Origin: Chromera velia
Taxonomy: Eukaryota
DNA length: 64,000 bases
Assembly: GCA_018398765.1 (NCBI GenBank)
Contig: JAHBMJ010000245.1
Coordinates: 62,001 to 126,000, forward strand
Direction: 5' to 3'
Shown: in pieces, positions 34,342-45,600 of the stretch
How the letters are laid out: each line of letters opens with the position of its first letter
Position numbering within the stretch: position 1 is the first letter of the stretch
Notes under the pieces: model-generated
Databases searched by the model: none
What the model saw: the letters and a program-made list of their open reading frames with translations, nothing else
Told to the model about the DNA's origin: nothing
Position numbers and translations under genes: made by a program

Positions 34342-37300
34342 CTCTTTCTTTCTTTCTTTCCTTCTTTCTTTCTTTCTTTCTTTCTTTCTGTCTGTCTGTC
34401 TTTCTTTCTTTCTTTCTTTCCTTCTTTCTTTCTTTCTTTTTTTTTTTCTTTCTTTCTGTCTGTCTGTCTGTCTGTCTGTCTTTCTTTCTTTCTTTCTTTC
34501 CTTCTTTCTTTCTTTCTTTCTTTCTTTCTGTCTGTCTGTCTGTCTGTCTTTCTTTCTTTCTTTCTGTCTGTCTGTCTGTCTGTCTTCCTTCCTTCCTTCA
34601 TGTTTGCTTTCTAGTACAAGCTTGGTCGCAAGATGAGAGGATGAATCATGTGTGTGTACAATCACATGAAACTGGTCTCCCTCTTTTGCTGAAACTGCAC
34701 GACTTTCCAAATCGCGCATCAGATTGTCATATCAAAGGAACGTCCTCCCCTTCCCCCTCACTGACCCAATACGAGATCCGTAAGTGTCGAACCGCTCCCC
34801 TGGCCATGCATCGTTCGTCCTCACAAAAGACGGGTTCGCCAGCCACATGCCCTTCAGACACAGGTACCCGGCAGTACAGTCCCCGTCGGCCGTTCTGCTT
34901 CCTGTGCCCAGACAATACTTCCCCTCCGGACAGTCCGCACACCCAATGAGGGAATTGAGGCCAATCATATCCGAAGCGATGATGGACGAATTCGCAATCG
35001 TGCCGAAGTAGCAGGAAGTTGGGGCCGATACGCCTGAGGGACAATACCCCCGCGAGTCACAAAGTGTCGGCTGTGTCGCCCCCGCACTGCACATGTATCT
35101 TTCGGGACATGTCGTGCACCCGCCCGCCGCCGTCCCCCCGGAGGACGCAGAGAGACCGACAGAGTCCCCGTAAGTCCCAGCGGGACAGTTGGTGAAGGTG
35201 GTGGATCCTTGGGGACAGTAGCTCCCTGCCGGACAGATGTTCCCAGTCACTCCGTCCATCGGCTTCGACACATTTGCACCCCCGACGCAATACCAACCTG
35301 CATCGCACACACCGGCTCCGAACTCCGACGACGCCCCATAGGCCGGACAATAATACCCAGCGGCACAGGGGTTGCATGCCGAGCTATCTGTGGCTCCTGT
35401 AATGTTACCGTAAGTCCCAGGTGGGCACGGGAAAGGATCCATTGCGCCCTGGGGACAGTAGTACCCTTGTGGGCACACTCCGTTCCCTCCCGCGGAGTAT
35501 AGGGGCACCGCACTGGAGTCGCTTGTGTTGGCGACTGACGACCCCGACACGCACATGTACCCGGCGTCGCAGTCTCCCGACACTGCCGTGAGACCCGTAG
35601 TCCCACAGTATTTTCCTCTGGTACAGAAAAAACAGTCAGACGAAGTCCGACCGTAAGACTGGTCCCTGAAAGTTCCTGCAGCACACACCGTTCCGGTGCC
35701 GCCTACCGAGAGAGGCATCCCCGCGGCACAGTAGTACCCAGGGTCGCACGGTGTGCCTGTAGTGTTAGTCAGTCCCGTGGCAGGACAGAGGAACCCCGCA
35801 ATACAACTGTCGCAAGTCGCAAGCCCCGTATCCTCCGCGAACGTTCCTGCGTTACACGCGAGAGGCGTGGTTGTGCCCTGTTCGCAGTAGGACCCTGCAG
35901 GACAGATGACGCCCCTTGAGGAGTCGGACACCTCCCTTGCCGACCGTGCTCCCTGGATGCAGTAGAATCCGGCATCGCACTGGGAGGACACGCCGTCCCA
36001 AGAACACCAGGATCCGGCAGGACACGCAGTGCAGTCCGATGAGGCTGTCAGCCCACTGCTGGCAGAGAGGGATCCTCGAGGACCTGCAGGTAAACAATCA
36101 GAGAGAGAAGCAGGCTAATTTGATATGCAAAGTGAGAGCACTGATCGATCGAGGTGCTGAGGAACTTAGCTAGACTCGGCGCGCCTGCTGTCGAGAAGAA
36201 CAGTGGCGTCTTTTTAGGCTGATGCTCTGGGTATGTATAGGGGGGTGATTGAGTGAATAAGTCGGAGGGTCCAGAGAAATGAGTGCACGTTGCATACCTT
36301 TGTTGGCCTTTTTTGAAATTTCTCAAAAGACGCGAAGCCGAAGCAACGGGAACAAAGAGACAAAAAAGGAAGACACTGCTGCAAGGGCAGCTGCAAAGAG
36401 TCACGCTGACAGGGGGAACAACCGATCGATCGACTCACAGACTGACATAGAATGGGAGCCGGAGACCCCGTTGGGCAGTAGTAGTTGGCTGGGCACCTGC
36501 ACTCAAAAAGAGGAGAACGTCAAGGATGCAACATCAAAAAGAGATCTTTGTTCACTGCTGTTGCAACGCGCATACGTGTCGATTATACAATTCAATTTCA
36601 CTAATTGGCGCTCTCCGGTTGCAAAGCAGAAATGATGACATCAGAACGACAAAACCATACACACGGGCGTGAATTGTCAAAGCGGACCCGGAGAGAATTT
36701 CTATTTTTCTCTCTTTCTTGGGAAGGCCTGTTGCTTTCTGGCGTGCTGCTGGACAAAAGATCAGCTGTCGAGTAGAGTATCTTGAGCCGGATAAAAAGGA
36801 TCACTTTGTATAAGAAAAGTCAAGAGACTGACTGACGTGTTGCCAGGATTACATGCCACGGTGGACTCAAACGTTGTCGATCCTCCACAGCTTGCCGAGG
36901 CGGTCACCGGCGTTGCAGAAGAGCTCCCCTGTCTGCAGTAGTACCCTGCTGTGCAGTTCCCTGAAGTTGCAGAGAGACCCGCAGACGAGCAGTACTCCCC
37001 AGGGAGGCAGGAATTGCAGTCTGATGAGACCTGAAGTCCGTTCTGTGCCCCGAACGTTCCTGCCGCACAGTCCGTTCCTGAAGTGGAAGACTCAGGACAG
37101 TACTTACCTTGAGGACAGACAGTCCCTGCGACCGTGCCTGTGCTTGAACAGGCGTATCCAATCGGGCAGTTGACGCACGCCGTGGAGTTGTACGTCGGTT
37201 GGAATTCTCCGGCGTTGCAGGCGATGGGGGAGGAGGTGCCGGTGGGACAGTAGTGGCCTTGTGTGCATGCGAAGCTTCGCTCGTCCTGAAGGAAGGAGGC

Positions 37301-40300
37301 AATAAGGAAGAGAAAAGATGAATCGACAAAGACATTTTCTTTCTGGGAAGGTGGAAAGAGGAAATCCGACATTCAAAGTATGGATCTGCGTCTGACAGCA
37401 AGAGGGTGGCAAATTGGTCGACTGAGTCCGGGACTCATTGTTAAGCGAAGGTAATCGATTCAGGGGGAAGAGGGAGTTTCCGACTCCCTCTCACAAAAGC
37501 TCGACAAAGAATCAGGCGCTGAGTACAGAAAGGAGACGCTACAGTGACCACCCACTGGTCTACCTTTGCGCCTGAGTTGCAGTAGTATTTCTCTTCACAG
37601 CTCCCTGTGGTTGCAGTCAGAGCATTTCCAGCACAATATTGCCCGAGTGTGCAGTCAATACAATTCGTCTGAGCACCCTGCCCGCTGTTCGCGTTGTAAG
37701 TCCCTGCCGGGCACGGGATTGGCTCTCCGGTCCCTTCAGGACAGAAGTACCCAGCGGGGCAGTCTCCCTTCGTCCTGGAGCTCGGACAAGTCGTCAAAGG
37801 AACTGACGAGACGGAAGAACTAGCATCGGAGGCAAACGTACAGAAACTCCCTGCCGCACATTTGCCTTGCGGGGCCGTCAACCCAGTGGACGTGCAGTAG
37901 TACCCTGGGGGGCATGGAGTCCCCTCGATAGACCCGGCAGGGCAGTAGAACGTGGACGCGCAGGGGGCCCCTCCCTCAGTCGAGTCTGCCGGGGTCGCAG
38001 TGATGGCCCTGGAGGTGCAGTAGTACCCTGCAGTGCAGGTACCAGTCACAGCAGTCGGATCAGAGGCGTCGCAATAGGACCCGGGCGGGCAGTCGTCGCA
38101 GCTGGTTGAGGTTGTTCCTCCAACTCTGTTGCTGAATGAGCCCTGCGGACATGCAGTCTGAGTAGAAGATATCGTTCCCGCAACGCAGTAATACCCCGCA
38201 GTACAAACGATCGCGTCTGTAGAATTGCAGTAGTACCCAGCGGGGCAGAGGTCACAGGACGTTTGTCCGGTCAACGGTTGGTATTCAGTCGAGGGGCATG
38301 AGACGGGAGCTGAAAGTCCTGTGGTGGCACAATACGATCCTGCAGGGCAGATGGACCCCTGAGGCTTGTCTGTCACAGACCCAGCAGGACAGTACCACCC
38401 GATGGCACAACTGCCAGTGAAGGTAGTTGCCCCCGCTGTGCCACAGTACCGTCCTGCAGTGCAGGAGGAACACTGAGTCACGTCCCGCCGCCCGGTCGTT
38501 GCAGAGAAGGTGCCGGGGGGACAGTCGATAGGAGAGGCCGTGCCAGTAGGGCAGTAGTGCCCTGCTGTGCAGATGGCAGCTGTGGCACTGGACTGGGAGG
38601 CGTCGCAGTAGTATCCCTCCGTGCAGTTGCCGGTTGGGGACGACAGCCCTGCCGTCTCACAGTATGTCCCTGGATCACATGGAATGGGATCCGGCGCCCC
38701 GGCCGGACAGTAGGTGCCTGCGGTGCACTGGCCTCCTGAAGTTGTGGGGGTTGCGGAGGTAGAACCAAATTGGGTTCCTGGAACGCAGTAGTACCCCGCA
38801 CTGCAGGTGCCGTCAGGAGCCAAGTTTCCTGTCCCCGCACAGTACTGGCCGTTAGGACAGGGCACACACTCTGTGGACAGTTGTAGATTCGTGCGATTGC
38901 TGTATGTGCCTGAGGGACAGAGGGTGCCTGCAGAGGACGCAGTTCCCTCTGCACAGTACGCACCGGCAGGACAATCGTTGACGAGGGGATCTGTGGCTGC
39001 AGCGTTGCAGTAGAAACCAGCTGGGCAGGTTTTGCAACTCGTGGATTCTGCTTCGTCCTGATAAGTGCCTGCCGTGCAGTCTGTGGGGGCAGTAGCGCCA
39101 GCAGCACATGTCTGGCCGAGAGTGCACCTGCCTGCTGCGGGTTTGTCTGTTTTCGACCCTGCAGCACAGTAGTACCCGGCGGCACACGTTCCGTTGGTGG
39201 ATGCCAGCCCAGAGGTTCCACAGAACTCCCCTGCTGTACAGGACGTGCAGGCAGAGACGGCAGTTTGTTGCACGAGGGAGTTGAAAGTCCCCATCTCACA
39301 AAGGATTGGAGCAGTAGATCCTGCAGGACAGTACGCGCCCATCGGACACTGTCCGCCTGTGGAGCCTGTGCCTGGATCTGCACGCTCGGCACTGCCTGAA
39401 CAGTAGTATCCTGCAGTGCATGTGCCTGTCACTGCAGACAGCTGGTTGGTTGCACAGTAGCTTCCTCCAGGGCAGGCCAGACAGTCGCTTGAGTTCTGTC
39501 GTGCGGGATATGGTTGGTACGTTCCCAGCCCACAGGCGGTCTCGGTGTTGCTGCCTGCCTCGCAATAAGTTCCGGTGCCACAGAGAGTCGCTTCTGTCAT
39601 CGCTGTGCTTGCGCAGAGGAACCTGCATGCAGGGTTGTGTTGCGAAATGACAGACATGGATGAGTGAGTGGACAAAATTGAGTGGTGCTCTGTATCGGAA
39701 ATTAAGACAGTGGGAGATTGGGCATCACTACCATGCAGATGTCTGTTTGCATGCAGAAACAGTCGATTTACTTTTGTTCATCCGTCTCTCCAAGCAGTCG
39801 AAGGAGCAGAGAAGGGCTTCAGAAGGGATTGAGTTGAACAAAGAAAAAACATACAAAGAAAAAGAGGCACTACAAGAGAAAATAAGACAGAAGGAGCGAG
39901 AGGAAAAAGGAGCTGAGGAAGAAAAAACAGAGAAATCAAAAACGAAGAAAACAAAAGATAAAGAGACAATCCATAAAATGACCTTGCAGGACATGTCGTG
40001 CAGCTTGACCGAGCATACTCCCAATTGTACGTCCCTGCTACACACTCAGTAGAAGAGGACGCTCCCGCCAAAGAGTAGTACCCTGGGGGGGAAATGTTCT
40101 GAGTGGAGGTTCCTGCAGACCCAGTACAGAAGTGTCCTGCCGAACAGTTGCCTGTTGGAGTCGCCGCGTTGGTCCCCGAGCAGTACTGCCCAAGGGGGCA
40201 GGATGTGCAGTCTGCCAGTGTCCGACCCTTTGTGTTTGGGTTATAAGATCCAGGCGCACAGACTTCTTTGACTGTCGTTCCCTCTTGACAGTACCCCCCT

Positions 40301-42505
40301 GCTGTGCACTCAGACGCATTGGGAGTCGCTGAGGTGCTGTTGCCTTCGCACAAGTAACCGCTGTCACACTCCCCAGTCGGGTGGGAAAGCCCGGGGGTGT
40401 CGCAGTATCTTCCTGCAGGACACCCCGCACAGTCATTGAGCGTAGACCCTCCTGTAGTGTCCCGATAGTACCCTCTAGGGCATGGGACTATAATCTTCCA
40501 GTACTCGTCTGTGCTTCCGGTCATTTCGTAACCTGCGAGACAGTAGAACCCTGCGGGGCACGGCAGGGGAACCAAGACGAGGTTTCCGTCAATGTAGCGC
40601 TGGGGGCAGTAGTGACCTGCCGGGCAATTTGTGCAGTCGCTCTTTGCAGTTCCACCCGAGGTGAGACGATATGTGTGTGTGGGGCATCTGTTCTGGATTC
40701 TGGAAACGGACCCGGCAGGGCAGTAGTGGCCAGGGGCGCACTTTCCTGAGTGTCTGCTGGCGCCTGCCTTGTCGACGTATCTGCCTGCATCTGCTGTCAG
40801 ACAGGCAGTCGAGTCTGCACCGGCAGTGTTGGGGTTGTACGTTCCGGAGCTGCACGCGATCCGCACTCCCTGCAGACACGCAGATCGATCGACATCAGAT
40901 TGGTATTCGAACTAAGCGATCGATTTAGAAGGCTTTAGCACGGACAGATATCGTCAAACGAAGACTGCAATGAAGTGGCCTTTGGCTGACTCGAAAGCTC
41001 TGGAGCACATCAAAAACAAAGATAGAGAGCAAAACAAAATTGAAGAAAGAATTGATATTGAGGTTTTCCATGCCCCCAGCATACAACGACTTCGTTCATG
41101 AAAAACTACTGTGAAGCGACCCTTTTGCACGCACAATCGTTGCGAATTTGCGAATTCCCTCAGAAAGGACACACGGTATGATGGCCCCAATATTTGACCT
41201 TTAAGTTTGTCATTTCTCCCCCATCAATTCTTCCTGCCTACATACAAGCACCATCACCCGACCCACCCCCTGGCAGTAGTGTCCCTTCGGGCAGTCGTCT
41301 GCTGTGGAGGCAGGCACATGGTCCATCTGCAACCAGGCAGGCAGGCAGGCAGCCAGGCAGGGCACCGCACAAATATGTACTCCAATAAGAGTTTTTGGAC
41401 GGAATCTCTCTGAGATCTGGCAATCATTCCCTGCCTCCATACACAAAGACAAGGAGTTCGCTGACACGTTTGCAGCAACATCAGCGCAGTTTGAAGAGGA
41501 AATGAAAACCTCCACGCCACAAACCCAAAACCCTACTCAGTTTCTGCCGCAAAGCAAAGACAGGACCCCCTACACCAAGTCAACGCACTCACCCCTTCAT
41601 TGCACACAAAGCCATTGGCGCAAACTTTGCTTGCCAAATTTGTGGAGGTCGTCGTGGCACTGTCGCAGTAGTTTCCCACAGGACATTTGAGGCCTGCAGG
41701 CAGGATGCATGACGAGAAAGACCATTCGAGAAAGATGAGACACACCCATCAGAAATGGTGACATGAGCCAATGGGAATACTGTTGAGAGGAGGAAAGGAG
41801 CAGATTGGGGTCCATTCAACATGCAACCACTCTTACACCGTTCAGCAGAGTGTGAAGACAACGCTTCTTCGCTTGGTCGAGGGATCACTTTTTTGCGACT
41901 TTGAGCAGACGCCGAAACCCAAAACAGACAATTCAGTCCTACAGGACCACAACAAGTCTAAATCACAACGCAAGACTCACATTCGCTCGCCCCGGCTGCC
42001 GAGTAGAATCCCACCCCGCAGTTTGTTGGTGTGACGGTGCCCCCAGTGCACTTGCTGCCTGCCGTGCAGTCCGTACAGGTGCTCGCCGAGGCCGCCGAGT
42101 ACTTCCCTGGAGGACAGGAGAGGGGCGAACTCGATCCGGTAGGGCAGTAGCTGCCTGCCACACAGGCAGTGCAGTTGCCAGAGTCGGACGCGCCATAGCT
42201 GCACACACACGGGCACGCATACGAAGTGAGACACACACATCTTCAGGAAGTGCAAAAAGAGCCCACAACGGTGAGATCTTCTGCTTGAGACTTTCTATCG
42301 CATCTGGGACTTTTTCCAAGCAGATCTTGGAGACAGTCATCTGTGCGAAAGAAGGAAAGCCGTTTATTCGAAAATTGACAGAAGAATTGTTGAACGAACA
42401 TTCAGAAGACTATCCAACAACATCTCTCTTTAATTCTGTCAATTTCATGTCGCACGATCGCTCTCTCTCCCCTCATACGCACGGAGACGCAAAGAGAAAG
42501 AAGGA

Positions 42506-42545
<40 letters not shown>

Positions 42546-42599
42546 GAGAAAGAAAGAAAGAAAGAAAGAAAGAAAAAGAAAGAAAGAAAGAAAGAAGGA

Positions 42600-42671
<72 letters not shown>

Positions 42672-45600
42672 GGAAGGAAGGAAGGAAGGAAGGAAGAAAG
42701 AAAGAAAGGGAGAGCGAGAGAGGCTCAAAGGTCAAGGCAAGACTGACGATGAGTAGTAAGTCCCTGCTGGGCACTGTGTGTTGTATGCCGTCGAAGAACC
42801 GGCAGGGCAGTAGTACCCAGGTGCGCATGATCCACTGGGGGCAGTGGACCCTGCTAGACAGAATGAGCCTGCTGGACACTGGGTGCACTCGGATGACGCT
42901 GTGAGGTTGTATGAGTTTGAGTAGGTCCCTGCAGGGCATGGATTCTCAACAGGAGAGGCAGTGCCGAGTGGGCAGTAGTAACCAGGAGGGCAGTCTTGCG
43001 GAGGAGAGGTGCCTCCCACTGCTTCCTCACACCACTTGCCTGCAGGGCACGAGGAGCACCCTCCGGATGTTGAGAGGCCCGTAGAATCTGTGTAAGTGCC
43101 TCGGGGACATGGATGGGTCTGTGGACTGATTGTGCGTGCTGGGCAGAAATAACCTGCATCGCAAGTCAACAGAGGGAGTGCGGTATTCTCATGTCCCAGC
43201 CGAGGGCATGATTGTCCGGCAGGACAGTCAGTGCAATCCTCTGCCCTCGTGCCGCCTGTTGTGGTTCTATAAGTTCCTGCAGGGCATCTCTGAGCGTACT
43301 GCGACCCCTCAGGGCAGTACCTTCCAGCGTCGCAGGTCGTGAATGAGTTGGTCGACTTTCCCTGGGTTTTTCCAGAGTACGACCCTGCCGCAGCGGGAAG
43401 GGGCACTCTGGCTCCGGCAAGGCAGTAGTACCCATAGGGACACGTCTGACCGGAGGACCGGGACCCGATGGGACAAAAACTTCCGGCAGGGCAGGTGGTA
43501 CATGCGCTACTTGCTGTGCTGTCTGCTGCTGTGTTGAATGAACCTGCGGGGCATGCGTGCTCGTGAGGAAACCTAGAGCCTGCAGGACAGTAGTGCCCAG
43601 TGCTGCAGGACAGCTCGTCGCTTGTCTTGGTGCCCCCAGGGCAGTACTTCCCCGCACTGCAGAGCCCGCAGTCGTTGACCGTCGACCCTCCATCCGGCCC
43701 ACTCGAAGTGCCCCTGCAAGAGTGAGTGTATGGGGATGCATCGATATGTTTGTGTGGATGTCTGTGTAAAGCCTCCACTGGTCGTAGCCAAAAGTCTGCT
43801 TGTTTGTATGCATATTTATGTATCCCAGTACAGGGCAGCACAGGTGACCGGTTAGATCTCTTTTTCTTCTCAACAAAGCGGCATGATTGACTCTTCATTT
43901 TCCCGACACAAAAAGCGCAAAGCGTGGAAGCAAATGATTCGTTCATGACCCACGGACAGCACACCAGAAGTCATCACCCATACAGTCTCGGAGAGGTTTA
44001 TCGGTGTAGGTACACTCAGAAATTTCAGCCTCCTGTTAGGAACAAAAAGAAGGACTCAATGCATCCGATGACTGACGGTGGGCACGGATACGCATCCCCC
44101 GTTCCGGAGCAGTAGAAGCCCCCCGGGCAAAGGACCCCGTCTCCCACGTTCAGGTTGTTGGCAGAACCCGCACAGGGGTACGCAGCGTTGCACTTTGTGC
44201 ACTTGACAGCCCCTGCGCTTGAGTATGTGCCTGGGCCACAAGGCTCGGGTCCTCTGTATGCGTTTGGGCATTTGTACCCGGCGGGGCATTGGATGCAGGC
44301 TGCAGCTCCTCCAAGGGCATAGTATCCTGGTGAGCAGGCGACTGGCTTTGTGGTCACTGTGCCGATCGCACACTCAAATCCTGGAGGGCAGAGAAGACAA
44401 CCTGCGACGTTTCCTTCAGGTGCGTATGATCCAGCATTGCAGCTGTAGGTCGTTGCTGCAGTATTCAGCTGAGGACATTTGTTTCCCCCCCCGCAGGACG
44501 TGCAGGCGGTGGCGTTTTCAGCTGAGTGGGTCCCTGGAGGACACGTGATGGGGAAGTCAAAAGTGGTGGGACAGAATGAACCTGCAGGGCATGCCGAGCA
44601 CAATTGTTGTCCCTCTACTGAGTACTCCCCGGCAGAGCAAGCTACAGGAGCGGCAGAGGTGCTTGAACAGAAGTGACCGGCGGGACAGACGGTGCACTCT
44701 GTTGCTTCTGCCATACTGAACGTTCCTGCCGGACAGGTCACAGGGGCGTTTGCAGTCCAGACGGGGAGGGGGCACGCTTGTCCAGCAACACACGCGGTGC
44801 AACCTGCGCTTCCTGCTGCTGAGTAGGACCCTGGGGCGCAGGGGACAGGGATGCCGTAGACGAAGTTGGTGCAGTCGTGTCCCTGGGGGCAGGACACGCA
44901 CAAATGTATTTGGGGGACAAGGTATTCACCAGTTGCGCAGTCGAGTGCCGTTCCGTTCGCGCAGGTTTTGTCAATTGCACACTGCGCACAGTCGGTGCCA
45001 TAAGTCCCGAGACCGCACTGAGAGCGCACTGCAGTCAGGGGACCAGAAGAGACAAAGAACAAGAGAGACAAAAAAGAAAAGTAACAAGAGCATTTAAGTG
45101 AGGGAGTCAGAAGACCAAAATCCAAAGGCCAGAAGCCAAAATAGGACCGAGTCTCTTCTAGTGACTGACAGTTTCGCATGGTGAAAAAGAAAAAGGAAAT
45201 GAAGAGCAGCAGCACACATACAATAGCATTGCGACAGCGGTTACGTTCTTAATACGCTTCAGTAGTCTAAGCAGAACGTTAAAAAAACAGAGAGACAGGA
45301 GAAAATCAAAGCACAGAAATAAGAAATGAAAGGAGCTTGCTAGAACCATTGAAGGTTCATGTAGAATCCTTCTCTCGGTTGACTTCACTATTATCTCTCT
45401 AATCATTCGTGCAAAAGACTTACCGACTGCCACAGAGCTGTAGTTGTTTGGAATCATCAGAGCTCCACTGCTGTATGCCGTGTCTGCTGATGTGAAGGTG
45501 AACGTGCAGGTCACCTCATAGGATATGCCTGTGGGAGAGGTACTGGAGGGAACCGAAAAGGAAATCGAGTTGTACGTGTCCCAATTGGTCGAGTCCAGCT

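Noticed and set aside
32739..34949. Five ORFs of 513-622 aa (KERK/FLSF-rich)
   Set aside because: Translations of a stop-free microsatellite inside intron 12 of the giant gene.
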